DNA of 64,000 nucleotides from Gemmatimonadaceae bacterium (GCA_046263215.1 JBHELH010000318.1:778-64777), one strand, 5' to 3'. Positions 1 to 8,760 are shown, numbered from the stretch's first letter. Notes: generated by a model not told the origin, from the letters alone. A program made the numbers and translations.

Positions 1-261
1 GCCCGTCCAGGTCTTCCCGAAGTCGTCGCTCAGCCGAATGGTGCTCCCCCAGTGGTTGCTCTTCGCCGCGGCCAGGACGCGGCAGCGACCACCGCGTTCG
101 TCGTACGCGAGCGCGTAGACCGCCTCGCCCGGGAAATGCGGGCCGTCGATCTTCCACTTCTTGCGCGACTCGTCGGACGAGAGGATGAACGCGCCCTTCA
201 TGGTGCCGACGAGAACGAGGACGTCGCCGGCGGAGTAGCGGGGTTTGGTTCGTGGGGGCAT
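1..261 (-). CDS. BNR/Asp-box (sialidase-like beta-propeller) protein, N-terminal part; gene runs off the left edge
   Basis: Hand translation of minus strand from ATG at 261-259: MPPRTKPRYSAGDVLVLVGTMKGAFILSSDESRKKWKIDGPHFPGEAVYALAYDERGGRCRVLAAAKSNHWGSTIRLSDDFGKTWTG, open to base 1. It contains a canonical Asp-box SxDxGxTW (SDDFGKTW). It is not in the ORF track because no stop lies in the window. Confidence 0.6.
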   Translation of the reverse strand, partial: MPPRTKPRYSAGDVLVLVGTMKGAFILSSDESRKKWKIDGPHFPGEAVYALAYDERGGRCRVLAAAKSNHWGSTIRLSDDFGKTWTG

Positions 262-336
262 GGGAGATCGGGGGTGACGGCGGGAACTGCGTGGGCCAAC
301 GCTGTCGGTTTACCGAGCCGGGCGCAATATGGCCGA

Positions 337-1095
337 TCACTTCGGTCCCGCCAACAACGGGTCCTCGAGGCGCGCCATCACCCGCAGCGTCCTAATCTCC
401 ATCTCGAAGTACGGCTTCCCATCGAGCGTGATCCGGACGCTCCGCGGCCACCGCACGCCGTCGGCTTCGACGACCCCCGCGAGCCACACGTCCTCGACCG
501 CCGGGTTGCCGGTCATCGCGTCCGTCACGCGCGTGCGCAGATGCGCGAGTCGCCCGGTGTTGTCGACGAAGACGTCGACGTCGGGCCGCCCGGCCTGCGT
601 CACACGAACCCCGCGCTGGCCGAGCGAGTCGGGCGCGATGGCACTCAGCTGCGCGGCGGACGCGCGCAGCGGGACAAGCCGCATCACGCTGTACAGGTAG
701 AACTGCTGGCGTTCGTTCGCCAATACAGTCGGCGGCATCGGCGTCAGTTGCCCGCCACGCTCGAGCCACCCGCGGTCGCCGCTCAGGATCAGTCGCCGCA
801 CCGACGCCGGCCCGCGCGACGTCTCATACGTCGACACCACAGCACTCTCGGGCGGCTGCACGGCCCAGTGACCGGTGAGGCGAACCGTGCGGCCGCCCGC
901 GTGCACGGTCGCTTCCCCCTCCCACACGAGTGCGCGCGCCCGCTCGAGCGCCGCGCTCCCGCCCGCGCTCCCGATCGCCCGCGCCATGATCCCCTCGGGC
1001 GCCTCATTACCCACGGCCGCGCCCGCGCCACGCTGGGCGGCGCAGCCGAGGGACGCGATGCCGGCGAGGATCGCCACAGCCTGGCCCCCGTTCAT
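337..1095 (-). CDS. Putative lipoprotein, unknown function
   Basis: 252-aa ORF with a lipobox-like N-terminus, MNGGQAVAILAGIASLGC. Its ATG overlaps the stop of the upstream hydrolase gene (ATGA at 1092-1095), indicating translational coupling. Confidence 0.7.
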   Translation of the reverse strand: MNGGQAVAILAGIASLGCAAQRGAGAAVGNEAPEGIMARAIGSAGGSAALERARALVWEGEATVHAGGRTVRLTGHWAVQPPESAVVSTYETSRGPASVRRLILSGDRGWLERGGQLTPMPPTVLANERQQFYLYSVMRLVPLRASAAQLSAIAPDSLGQRGVRVTQAGRPDVDVFVDNTGRLAHLRTRVTDAMTGNPAVEDVWLAGVVEADGVRWPRSVRITLDGKPYFEMEIRTLRVMARLEDPLLAGPK

Positions 1096-1946
1096 GCGGA
1101 CGTCCGTTCCCGGAGAAACCGCGTCACGACTTCCGCGTACTCTTCCGGCCTGAGCACCGCGGCTGCGTGCCCCGTCCCCTGGAACCGGTGCACCTGCGCC
1201 ATAGGGTAGAGCGCGCGCAGCCGTTCTCGTGCCGCGGCCGGGAACAGCGGATCGTCATCCCCCTCGAGCAACAGCACGCGACCCGGCCACCCCGCGAGAT
1301 CGCCAGGCCCCCAGCTTCTCTGTTCCGCGAATTCCGCCTGGAGCCGAATGCGACTCACGATGTCGACCTTCGTCATCTGGTCGATGGCCTGGTCAAAGTA
1401 ACGGCGCCAGAACGGGTCCGCCGCGTCGAGCGTACGGCCGAGCCTCACCTTGAGCGCCTTGCGGAGCAGCGACGTCGGCATCGCCGCGACCACCGCGGCC
1501 GCGAGTCGGCGACGGCGTCCGTCAGGTGCGCCCGTGTGCGACAGCACGAGCGACGCCACGCGCTCCGGCGCGCGCCGCGCCAGCACCTGCGCGAGCAGCC
1601 CGCCGAACGAGCCGCCGCTGACGTGCGCGCGCTCGACGCGCTCGGCGTCGAGGATGCCGATGAGGCCGTCGATCATCTCGGCAAGCGACGTGACAGCCGG
1701 GTAATCGGGCGCGATCACTCGGAACCGCTGCTCGAAGAGGAGGATCTGCTGGAACGAGAACTCCGCCAGCCCCAGCGCGCCAGTCAACCGAAGGATCACC
1801 TGCTCGCCCGAGCCACCGGCGTAGTAGCTCCACTCGACCCCTTTCCGGCTGACGTGCCGCGGCGCGTGAGCGGCTCGGAACCTGGCCAAACCCTGCTCCA
1901 GCACGTTGGCCGTCGTGTTGGGAGTGGCGCTAAGTCGAGTATTCAT
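1092..1946 (-). CDS. Alpha/beta-fold hydrolase
   Basis: 284-aa ORF with nucleophile elbow GGSFGG (HVSGGSFGGLLAQ) and a C-terminal catalytic-His region (FQGTGHAA). The layout is typical of alpha/beta hydrolases. Confidence 0.85.
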   Translation of the reverse strand: MNTRLSATPNTTANVLEQGLARFRAAHAPRHVSRKGVEWSYYAGGSGEQVILRLTGALGLAEFSFQQILLFEQRFRVIAPDYPAVTSLAEMIDGLIGILDAERVERAHVSGGSFGGLLAQVLARRAPERVASLVLSHTGAPDGRRRRLAAAVVAAMPTSLLRKALKVRLGRTLDAADPFWRRYFDQAIDQMTKVDIVSRIRLQAEFAEQRSWGPGDLAGWPGRVLLLEGDDDPLFPAAARERLRALYPMAQVHRFQGTGHAAAVLRPEEYAEVVTRFLRERTSA

Positions 1947-2079
1947 ATATATTTGCCGGAGACGCTCAGGGTCCGGACCGCTTCCTGCATCCCTGGGTAC
2001 CTATTAGCAGCTGGACGTGACGGCCGAGGTTGGCCTTCCGTCTACCGTATGACAGCTCGACAACCTTTTCAGTTTTCAG

Positions 2080-2910
2080 TTGGTTTTTTTGTCTCGAACG
2101 CCACACGATTCGCCGTACCGCGACGACCCGTCGCCGAACGCCGCACCGCCGCGCAGCTCGTCATCCCGCCCCGCGCGCAAGTCGAACCGGCCGCGCAAGC
2201 AGGACCATCAGCATAAGTCACAGCCCGGAGCCCGGCCGGATAGCGGTCACGCCGCCAATGGCAAGCGCGGCTCACACAAGCCGCGCCCCGCGCATCCCAC
2301 GCGTCCGGCGCACCAGCCGCATCCTCCGCAGGCGCTGCGCGACACGCGCGCGCGAGAGAAACGGCACCCCATCGTCGCTAGCTCCGCTGCCCCGCCGACT
2401 GCTGCGCCGCCTGCTCGACGCCGCTCGCGCCGTCGAGGTCGCGGCGGCGGATCGGGAGCCGCGCCAATCCAGCTGACGTCGCACCCGACAGGACGGGCGG
2501 CCTACGCCGACACCCGCGCCTGGCTGCTCGAGCAGCATGGTCCCGTCTGCGCGTACTGTGCGCGGGAGTTCACGCCGCAGGTGATGACGCTCGACCACGT
2601 GGCGCCCCGCCGTGGTCAGACGGCCTACGACCGGCGCGACAACCTCGTGCTCGCCTGCCGCGGGTGCAACGAGGCGAAGCGCGATCTGTCACCGCTCGCC
2701 TACCTGCTCGCCGTTCGCAGCCGTGCCGCGAACCTGCTCCGCTACGGCACGCACCTCAGTCCCGGTCTGCTCGACCTCGCGCGGTCGCTGATGCCGAAGG
2801 ACCACGCCCACGCGGAGTCGAACGGCGGCAACGGCAACGGCGCCCACGCTGGCCGCGAGACGTTCGGCATCACGGACGACGACGACGGCGAGTCGCCGTA
2901 CCGCGACTGA
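2080..2910 (+). CDS. HNH endonuclease; 5' part uncertain (possible frameshift or unusual start)
   Basis: HNH motif CAYCAREFTPQVMTLDHVAPRRGQTAYDRRDNLVLACRGCNEAKRD at about 2530-2700. The only in-frame canonical starts are TTG at 2080/2089, preceded by a long Arg/Pro-rich stretch. Between 2400 and 2475 third-position GC favours a different frame (see findings). Confidence 0.7.
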   Translation: MVFLSRTPHDSPYRDDPSPNAAPPRSSSSRPARKSNRPRKQDHQHKSQPGARPDSGHAANGKRGSHKPRPAHPTRPAHQPHPPQALRDTRAREKRHPIVASSAAPPTAAPPARRRSRRRGRGGGSGAAPIQLTSHPTGRAAYADTRAWLLEQHGPVCAYCAREFTPQVMTLDHVAPRRGQTAYDRRDNLVLACRGCNEAKRDLSPLAYLLAVRSRAANLLRYGTHLSPGLLDLARSLMPKDHAHAESNGGNGNGAHAGRETFGITDDDDGESPYRD

Positions 2911-2926
2911 CGCTCAACGCGGCGAC

Positions 2927-3697
2927 CTAACGGCCGAAGCCCGCCCAGCGCCACTTGGCAGCAGGAGGGCGCAGCTCACACGGGAAGTGATCGTGCGCCG
3001 GTCGCTGCGCCCTCTGCTCCCTCGACTCGATCAGCTCGATCCGCTCGAAGCGCACCGGGTAAGCCGCTCGTATCCGCGCCACGTGCAGCTGGCGCCGGCG
3101 CGGTGAATCGGGTCTCCTCTCGTCGAACGGGGTCCAATCCGCCAGCGTATCGGCGCGCCGCTGATCCGGCAGCGCGCGGTACCAGACCGGGTCGATACCC
3201 GACGGCTGCACTCCCTGACGCCACTCGGATCGGACGTAGATCACACGTGTGGTGTCGACGCGGTTGGCTGAGTCACCGCGTAACGCGACGGGAGCGTCGA
3301 GTGTGAGGCGCCACCTCGAGAGCACAGGATGAGATCCACGCCCGCCCTGCAGTAGCTCCGGCACTCGAACCACGCGCCGTCCGGTCGCTTCGGCAACAAC
3401 GCGCACGGTGCACTCCGGGCTCAGCGGCACGTCGTACTCGGCGCCCGCCGGGATCGCGATTGTCAGGAATCGCAGGGCACCGGACGGTCCGGCTCGCACG
3501 CTGCCGTCGTCGGCGACGTGGTAGCCCATGTCGCGCGCGGGAATCGCCATGATCAGCGTCTGGAATCCCGCCGCGGAATAGAGCGGGACCAGGTACCGTG
3601 GCTCGAGGACGTCGAGGACGTGCTCGGGCCACGTGCGCGGTACCGGCTCGTACGGCGACTCGGCGAGGTAAACGCGCGGGCCCGGCGCGGCCGCCAC
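2927..3697 (-). CDS. Hypothetical protein; probably a lipoprotein whose true start is ATG 3764 (frameshifted)
   Basis: 256-aa ORF with a GTG start and no signal peptide. An ATG at 3764, 4 nt after the stop of the upstream gene, opens MKPSAESVSRVPALLPVAAFVGC (lipobox-like) in another frame. That frame merges with this ORF near 3690 if one base is removed. Confidence 0.65.
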   Translation of the reverse strand: MAAAPGPRVYLAESPYEPVPRTWPEHVLDVLEPRYLVPLYSAAGFQTLIMAIPARDMGYHVADDGSVRAGPSGALRFLTIAIPAGAEYDVPLSPECTVRVVAEATGRRVVRVPELLQGGRGSHPVLSRWRLTLDAPVALRGDSANRVDTTRVIYVRSEWRQGVQPSGIDPVWYRALPDQRRADTLADWTPFDERRPDSPRRRQLHVARIRAAYPVRFERIELIESREQRAQRPAHDHFPCELRPPAAKWRWAGFGR

Positions 3698-3768
3698 AGC
3701 CGACGAACGCCGCCACGGGGAGGAGCGCGGGGACTCGACTCACGGATTCGGCGCTGGGCTTCATTCGG

Positions 3769-4041
3769 TCATCCTCGATTGGACCGACTCTGCCACCACC
3801 GCCAAACTGAACCGGCGGCCAGGTCGCCGGCGATGACCAGCGCCAACCCGAGCGTAAAGAGCACGCCCGCGCCGCCGATCAAGCCGACGGCGAGCCGCCA
3901 ACCGAGGAAGCGCTGGGCGATGGCGGCGAACGCCGCCAGTGCGAGCCATACCAGCAGGAGTACCCACGCGAGCCGCGCAAGGTCGGCGCGGGTCGGATCT
4001 GGCTCCTCATCAGGCCGCGGCGCGCCGGAGGGCGGCTTCAC
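3769..4041 (-). CDS. Small membrane protein (2 predicted TM helices)
   Basis: Hydrophobic segments LAWVLLLVWLALAAFAAIA and LAVGLIGGAGVLFTLGLALVIAG. I chose GTG at 4041, 1 nt after the stop of the DUF2071 gene (4043-4045), rather than the TTG at 4071 used in the track. Confidence 0.6.
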   Translation of the reverse strand: MKPPSGAPRPDEEPDPTRADLARLAWVLLLVWLALAAFAAIAQRFLGWRLAVGLIGGAGVLFTLGLALVIAGDLAAGSVWRWWQSRSNRG

Positions 4042-4042
4042 G

Positions 4043-4804
4043 TCACCCCACGTGCTCGGGCAACCAGACAAGGACGTCCAGCCGCCGCGAGAATGAGAGC
4101 CGCGCCGGATCGGTCGTCAGCGTGAGTCCCGCCGCCGCGGCCATCGTGTCGCGCTCGATCTCGACCTCGGCGGGTTGCAACGGCCACGGGTGGTGGTGGA
4201 TCTCCGCGCGAAATACCCGCCGTGACGCGTCGAGTGCGTACAGGCAGTAGCGCTCGGTCAGCCAATGGTCGAGCGTGCCCGCCTTGCTGTGCGTCACGGC
4301 GCCCGTCGGCCGATACTGTGCGACGAACTCCGCCGCCGGCGCCGTGTGATGTGTGCGATGACTCCGATAGTGGATCGTCCCGTCGCGCGCCTCGCGTACG
4401 CTCATCGAGGCGCGGAAGTACGGCAGTCGGTACAGCGTGCGCGCACCGTACACCGCCAGGGGATTTCCTGCATCGAGGCTGAAAAAGTAGACGCCGGGCT
4501 TCCCGCCAACCGTGACGTACGTCCGCACGTTCAGCTCGGGAAAGGCCGACACCCATGGCAGCGGCGGTATCCCGCGCGGCCGCAGGTGGCTGAGGTAGAA
4601 CGGCGTCACCGACACCCACGCGACGCCCTTGTGTAAGTCGAGCGTCAGCTGCCGCGGCACGAGCGCGCGCAGTGCCTCGACCTCCGCCCGCCGGTGTATG
4701 AAGAGCAGGTTGCTCCACCGCTGCGCCATCACCCACGGCCCGCTCGGCAGCGGCCACGGACGATGCGCGACTTCGGCGAGCGGATGTGGGTCCAGCGTCG
4801 ACAT
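4043..4804 (-). CDS. DUF2071 (YqjF-like) family protein
   Basis: 253-aa ORF. The N-terminal W-M-Q-W-LLF-H pattern (PWVMAQRWSNLLFIHRR) and overall length match the DUF2071 family as I remember it. Confidence 0.8.
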   Translation of the reverse strand: MSTLDPHPLAEVAHRPWPLPSGPWVMAQRWSNLLFIHRRAEVEALRALVPRQLTLDLHKGVAWVSVTPFYLSHLRPRGIPPLPWVSAFPELNVRTYVTVGGKPGVYFFSLDAGNPLAVYGARTLYRLPYFRASMSVREARDGTIHYRSHRTHHTAPAAEFVAQYRPTGAVTHSKAGTLDHWLTERYCLYALDASRRVFRAEIHHHPWPLQPAEVEIERDTMAAAAGLTLTTDPARLSFSRRLDVLVWLPEHVG

Positions 4805-4824
4805 CGGACCGGTGAGGAGTTAGT

Positions 4825-5177
4825 CGGGAAGAACGTTACTCGGAAGACGGCGGAAGAGGGCGGAAGAGCGGGGAAGAGCGGGCACGCGGATGGCCGCGGA
4901 GGCAACCGCGATGGCCACGGATAACTCCGCGGGGGGTCCCGACTCCTCTCGCCGGCCCGAGAGAAGACCTTGGCTACACCCCCGGGACGCCACGGAGCGA
5001 GGGCGCTAGTCTCCTCGGCCAGTAGCGTCCCGAGCGTGTATAAGCAAAAGCATCGCCCGGGCTCGTGGCGGTATGCAGGCCCGACAGCCGAGGAGCCATC
5101 CGCGGCCATCGCCCTTCATCAATCCGCGCTCGTCCGCGTCCGCGCCCTTCCCCGGAACGACGTCGCTCTTCCGCTCT
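4825..5177. repeat. Composite nested-palindromic element, copy A (outer + middle modules)
   Basis: Tandem decamers (CGGAAGACGG CGGAAGAGGG CGGAAGAGCG GGGAAGAGCG), then CACGCGGATGGCCGCGGA and GAGAAGACCTTGGCTACACCCCCGGGACGC. Mirrored partners follow (AAGCATCGCCCGGGCTCGTGGCGG, ATCCGCGGCCATCGCCCTTCATCAATCCGCGCTCGTCCGCG, CGCTCTTCCGCTCTT). It shares these blocks with copies at 20161, 23330, 48672 and 62568. Confidence 0.9.
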
Positions 5178-7832
5178 TTAGCGACTCCTCCCCACCGCGC
5201 CCACGTTCCCCGCAACGTACAAATCGGACTCGACCCGGATGTAGCTGCACACGCCCCGCGTCGCGTCGGCGGAGATGCTCACGGCCATGCCGCACCCTTC
5301 GGGGAGCGGGGCGTAGAGCTCCGGGCGGCCCACTGGGCCGCGCATCCGCCACAGCTCGAGGTGCACCGACCCGTGGTCCGTGGCGAGCGCACGATTGCGT
5401 ACCAGGTAAATCCAGCCGTTGCGGTGCCAAGCGACTGGGAACGTCTCGCCGTGCGGACCGCGAATGCGCCGCCAGCGGCGCCCGTTGCCGAAGACGAGCC
5501 ACAATGTCGCCCGTTCGTCCCGCGGTCCGATCGTGCTCGCGAGGAGCTGCGTCCCATTCGGCGACGGCACGACGGAGAAATAGCCGGTGCCGACCGAGTC
5601 GGGCACGCGAAGGACCGACTCCGCCCGCCGTTGGAGGTTCACGAGCGCGATGCGTCGGAGGTCCTGGCCGTAGTAAGCGATGTGCCGTCCCGATGCCGAC
5701 CACTGCGCAGCGGCGGCTCCACCGCGCGGACCGACGGCGTCAGCGGCGGAGGTACCGGGACCGGGAAGCGAGCCGACGCGCTCCGCGACGCCGGTTCGCG
5801 CGTCAGCCATCACGAGCCGACGACTGACCGAGTCTTCGCGCGCGAACGTCAGGCGCGTCCCGTCGGGCGACCACGCCGGCGACTCCTCGCGCGCGCGGGA
5901 CGACGCGACGACCCTCGCCGAGCCGCCGCCGAACGCTACCGCGTGGATGTCCCGCTCCGCGCCACGCGTCGCCGTGTACGCGATCCACTGCCCGTCGGGC
6001 GATACGGCCGCGGCGGAGACGCGTACTGTTCCCTCGTCCAGCGCGCGCTCCTCGACGACACGCCGCGGCGCCGGGCCTCCGAGAACAAACGTCCGCGCCT
6101 GCGCGCCGGGACTGGTCTGCGTGTGGACGAGCCGGTCGACTCCAACGTCGAACGCGTCCGCCGCGAGTAGCGACGTCACGCGGGCCGCGCGGCCGACGGC
6201 GCTTCCGGACAGCAGGTCGATGCCGACACGCAGGAGATCGACAGCGCCGGCCGGCCCGGCGAGGGAGTACACAGCGTCCGAGCCCGCGGCCCAGCGAATC
6301 TTCCGCGCCCCCTCAGCCACTCGGCTCGGCGACCCGCCGGCGGCGGCGACGACCCAGAGCGCGTCGCCGGCGTCCGTGAACGCGAGCCAACGGCGGTCCG
6401 GCGACCAGGCCACCTCAATGACCGCACCGATCGAGTCGGGAAGCGTGATCCGACGCACCGGCTTACCGGACGCGAGGCTCACCATCTCGAGACGCCCGCG
6501 CTCGCGCGGCGCGCGAACGATGATCGTCGAGTCGGCGCCAGCGTCGAACGGTCGCGCCTCGTCGACCACCTTCCGGGCAGGACCGCCGCTCACAGATACG
6601 AGGTAGGTCGCCGCGGCTTCGGTGCTGTCGGGCGTCATCGTGACGACGAGCGCCTTACCGTCGCCGGTCCATCGGGCAGCCGAAATGCTGCGCGCGGACG
6701 GCACGAGGCGCACCGGCGCGCCGCCGTCGAGCCGCTGGACGATGAGCGCTCGGCCGCTGGCCACGTAAGCCACCGAACGCCCGTCCGGTGAGAGATCGGG
6801 GGACGTCGCCGTGCCCGTGAAGGTCAGCTGACGATGCGCGGCGGGAGCGAGCGTGGTCGTGCGGCGGCTCAGGACGACGCGTGAGCCCATCGCGACACCT
6901 GCCGCGACCATCAGGACGACCAACGACGCCCCGACCGCGACCCGCCAGCGTGAGCGCCTTCCGGCAGTTGTCGCCGCGGGATCGGCGGAGGGCAGGGCAG
7001 GCGTGGCCCTCCCACCGTGCAGCGCGGCCATGAACTCGCTCACCGTGTCGAACCGGTCCGCCGGCGCCTTCGACAGCGCGCGGTAGATCGCCCGCTCGAT
7101 GATGCGCGGTACGACGCGCACCGCGGTGAGCCGCGGTGGCGGCTCGTTCAGCACTCGCGCAATGAGTGCCGGCACGCTGGGCGCCGAGTACGGCGGCTCG
7201 CCGGCGAGCATCTCGTAGAGCACCGAGGCGAGGCTGTACTGGTCGCTCCGGCCGTCGACCGCGCGGCCACCGACGGCCTGCTCGGGGCTCATGTACGCCG
7301 GCGTTCCGAAGACCCCTGCCTCGACGGTCTGCTCCCGCGCCGCGCCGGCCAGGCCACGCGCGAGCCCGAAGTCGGCGACGAGCGGCTGACCGGCGTAGAG
7401 GAGGATCTTCTCCGGCTTGACGTCTCCGTGGACGATCCCGCGCCGGTGCGCGAACTCCAGAGCGGACGCCACGCCGCCGGCGATCCTGAGCGACTCGTCG
7501 ATGGGAAGCTGCCGCTCGCGCTCCAGCCGCTCACGTAGCGTCTCGCCTTCGGCGTGCGGCGTGACGAAGTAGACGACCCCGTCGGCGAAGCCGACGTCGA
7601 TCAGCGGCAGGATGTTCGGATGCTCCAGCCCGGCCGTCGCCTTGATGGCCTCGACCACTCGGTCGGTTCCGAGTGCCGCCGCAAGCTCAGGACGGAGCAC
7701 CTTGAGCGCGACCGCCTGCTCGGTCCGGAGGTCTCGCGCGAGGTAGACGATCGCGACGCCGGCGCGCCGCAGCTCGCGTTCGATGACGTAGCGACCGTTG
7801 AGAGCCGTTTGCTGGGACAGGGTCTGAGGCAC
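5178..7832 (-). CDS. Ser/Thr protein kinase fused to TolB-like PD40/WD40 beta-propeller repeats
   Basis: 884-aa ORF. Kinase motifs are VALKVL, IVHGDVKPEKILL, DFGLA and TPAYMSPEQ. A TM segment (VAVGASLVVLMVAAGVAMG) follows, then repeated SPDG-type PD40 motifs (SPDGRSVAY, WSPDRRWLAF, VSPDGQWIAY, WSPDGTRLTF). Confidence 0.95.
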   Translation of the reverse strand: MPQTLSQQTALNGRYVIERELRRAGVAIVYLARDLRTEQAVALKVLRPELAAALGTDRVVEAIKATAGLEHPNILPLIDVGFADGVVYFVTPHAEGETLRERLERERQLPIDESLRIAGGVASALEFAHRRGIVHGDVKPEKILLYAGQPLVADFGLARGLAGAAREQTVEAGVFGTPAYMSPEQAVGGRAVDGRSDQYSLASVLYEMLAGEPPYSAPSVPALIARVLNEPPPRLTAVRVVPRIIERAIYRALSKAPADRFDTVSEFMAALHGGRATPALPSADPAATTAGRRSRWRVAVGASLVVLMVAAGVAMGSRVVLSRRTTTLAPAAHRQLTFTGTATSPDLSPDGRSVAYVASGRALIVQRLDGGAPVRLVPSARSISAARWTGDGKALVVTMTPDSTEAAATYLVSVSGGPARKVVDEARPFDAGADSTIIVRAPRERGRLEMVSLASGKPVRRITLPDSIGAVIEVAWSPDRRWLAFTDAGDALWVVAAAGGSPSRVAEGARKIRWAAGSDAVYSLAGPAGAVDLLRVGIDLLSGSAVGRAARVTSLLAADAFDVGVDRLVHTQTSPGAQARTFVLGGPAPRRVVEERALDEGTVRVSAAAVSPDGQWIAYTATRGAERDIHAVAFGGGSARVVASSRAREESPAWSPDGTRLTFAREDSVSRRLVMADARTGVAERVGSLPGPGTSAADAVGPRGGAAAAQWSASGRHIAYYGQDLRRIALVNLQRRAESVLRVPDSVGTGYFSVVPSPNGTQLLASTIGPRDERATLWLVFGNGRRWRRIRGPHGETFPVAWHRNGWIYLVRNRALATDHGSVHLELWRMRGPVGRPELYAPLPEGCGMAVSISADATRGVCSYIRVESDLYVAGNVGAVGRSR

Positions 7833-7908
7833 CGTAGTCGGGCGTATAGACCTCGATCATACGGGCTCGACAGCAGCCCGGAAAGCCCCAATCTGTCCGC
7901 TGGCGGAC

Positions 7909-8760
7909 CTACCCCACGGCCGCGAGCGCTACCGGGCCGCTAGCCAGCCGGCCACGTCGCGCCAGAGAGTCGGCGTGACGCCCGGCCGGAAGAACCCGAA
8001 GTGGCCCAATCCGCGCCGCCCCCAGCTCTTCCGGAGCGATGCTCCAGCGCTGCTGCTTGCGGCTGCCGTACCGCGTGTGCAGCGCGTCGACGGCCGCTGG
8101 CGGAGCAAAGGGGTCGTCCATGAAGCCGATGGCGAGAATGGGCGCGGCGAACGCGCGGTGGCCCGACCAATCTCCGAGGTACGACGGCGTCCGGCACCAC
8201 CGCGCCCACTGGAGCGCGACGCCGCGCGGCAGGTCCTCGCCGAGCCGGAAGAGTCGCGCCGGGAAGTAGCCGGCGAGGTCGGTGACGAGCGGCATCGCGA
8301 CGTACCAGAGCACCGCGTACAGGTACCTCTTCGGCCGCGGCCAGTGGCCCCAGTACCCGCTCTGCGCGCCGACGGTCACGAGCCCGCGAACGCGGTCGCG
8401 GTTCGGGGCGAGGCCGACTGCCTGCCCGCCGAAGCTGTGGCCGACGACCAGGAGGCGTGCGTCCGGATAGCGCACGGTCGCCCAATCGATGACGCCCGCG
8501 AGGTCGCGCTCCCCCCACTCGCGCATCGTCACCCGGAAGGCGCGCAGCGACTTGGGACGGCTGTCTCCGGTGCCGCGCCAGTCCCACGTCACGACGGCGA
8601 AGCCTTCGGCGGCGAGAAACTCCGCGAACGGGCGATAGAGTCGGCGGCGGACGCCAGTCGCGGGAGCGATCAGGACCACCCGTTCGGCGCGCGCCCCGTC
8701 GCCGAACTCCGTGCCGGCGAGCGAGAACTCGTCGGTCGCGCGGATGGTGACGTCGATCAT
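7909..8760 (-). CDS. Alpha/beta hydrolase (COG4757-like); 3' end appears frameshifted
   Basis: 283-aa ORF with GHSFGG nucleophile elbow. After codon ...AARIG the ORF reads a poor-GC3 tail. Shifting one base at the GGG run (plus-strand CCC 8005-8007) gives IGHFGFFRPGVTPTLWRDVAGWLAAR and a stop at 7929-7931. Confidence 0.85.
   Translation of the reverse strand: MIDVTIRATDEFSLAGTEFGDGARAERVVLIAPATGVRRRLYRPFAEFLAAEGFAVVTWDWRGTGDSRPKSLRAFRVTMREWGERDLAGVIDWATVRYPDARLLVVGHSFGGQAVGLAPNRDRVRGLVTVGAQSGYWGHWPRPKRYLYAVLWYVAMPLVTDLAGYFPARLFRLGEDLPRGVALQWARWCRTPSYLGDWSGHRAFAAPILAIGFMDDPFAPPAAVDALHTRYGSRKQQRWSIAPEELGAARIGPLRVLPAGRHADSLARRGRLASGPVALAAVG

Noticed and set aside
52-2216. Long plus-strand ORFs 52..1209 (385 aa) and 1167..2216 (349 aa)
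   Set aside because: They are Arg/Pro/Ala-rich, with no recognisable motifs. They lie antisense to two well-supported minus-strand genes (lipoprotein and alpha/beta hydrolase). These are typical shadow ORFs of a ~70% GC genome.
4729-5109. ORFs crossing the composite repeats (4729..5109, 20193..20663, 20230..21243, 23165..23707, 23308..24171, 62297..62986) as a conserved protein family
   Set aside because: Their similar peptides (for example RPGGVAKVFSRAGERS, PDTRSLRSLLRDD) simply reflect repeated DNA read in whichever frame is open. The frames differ between copies, both strands are open because the DNA is palindromic, there are no SD sequences or sensible starts, and composition is Arg/Pro/Ser-rich.
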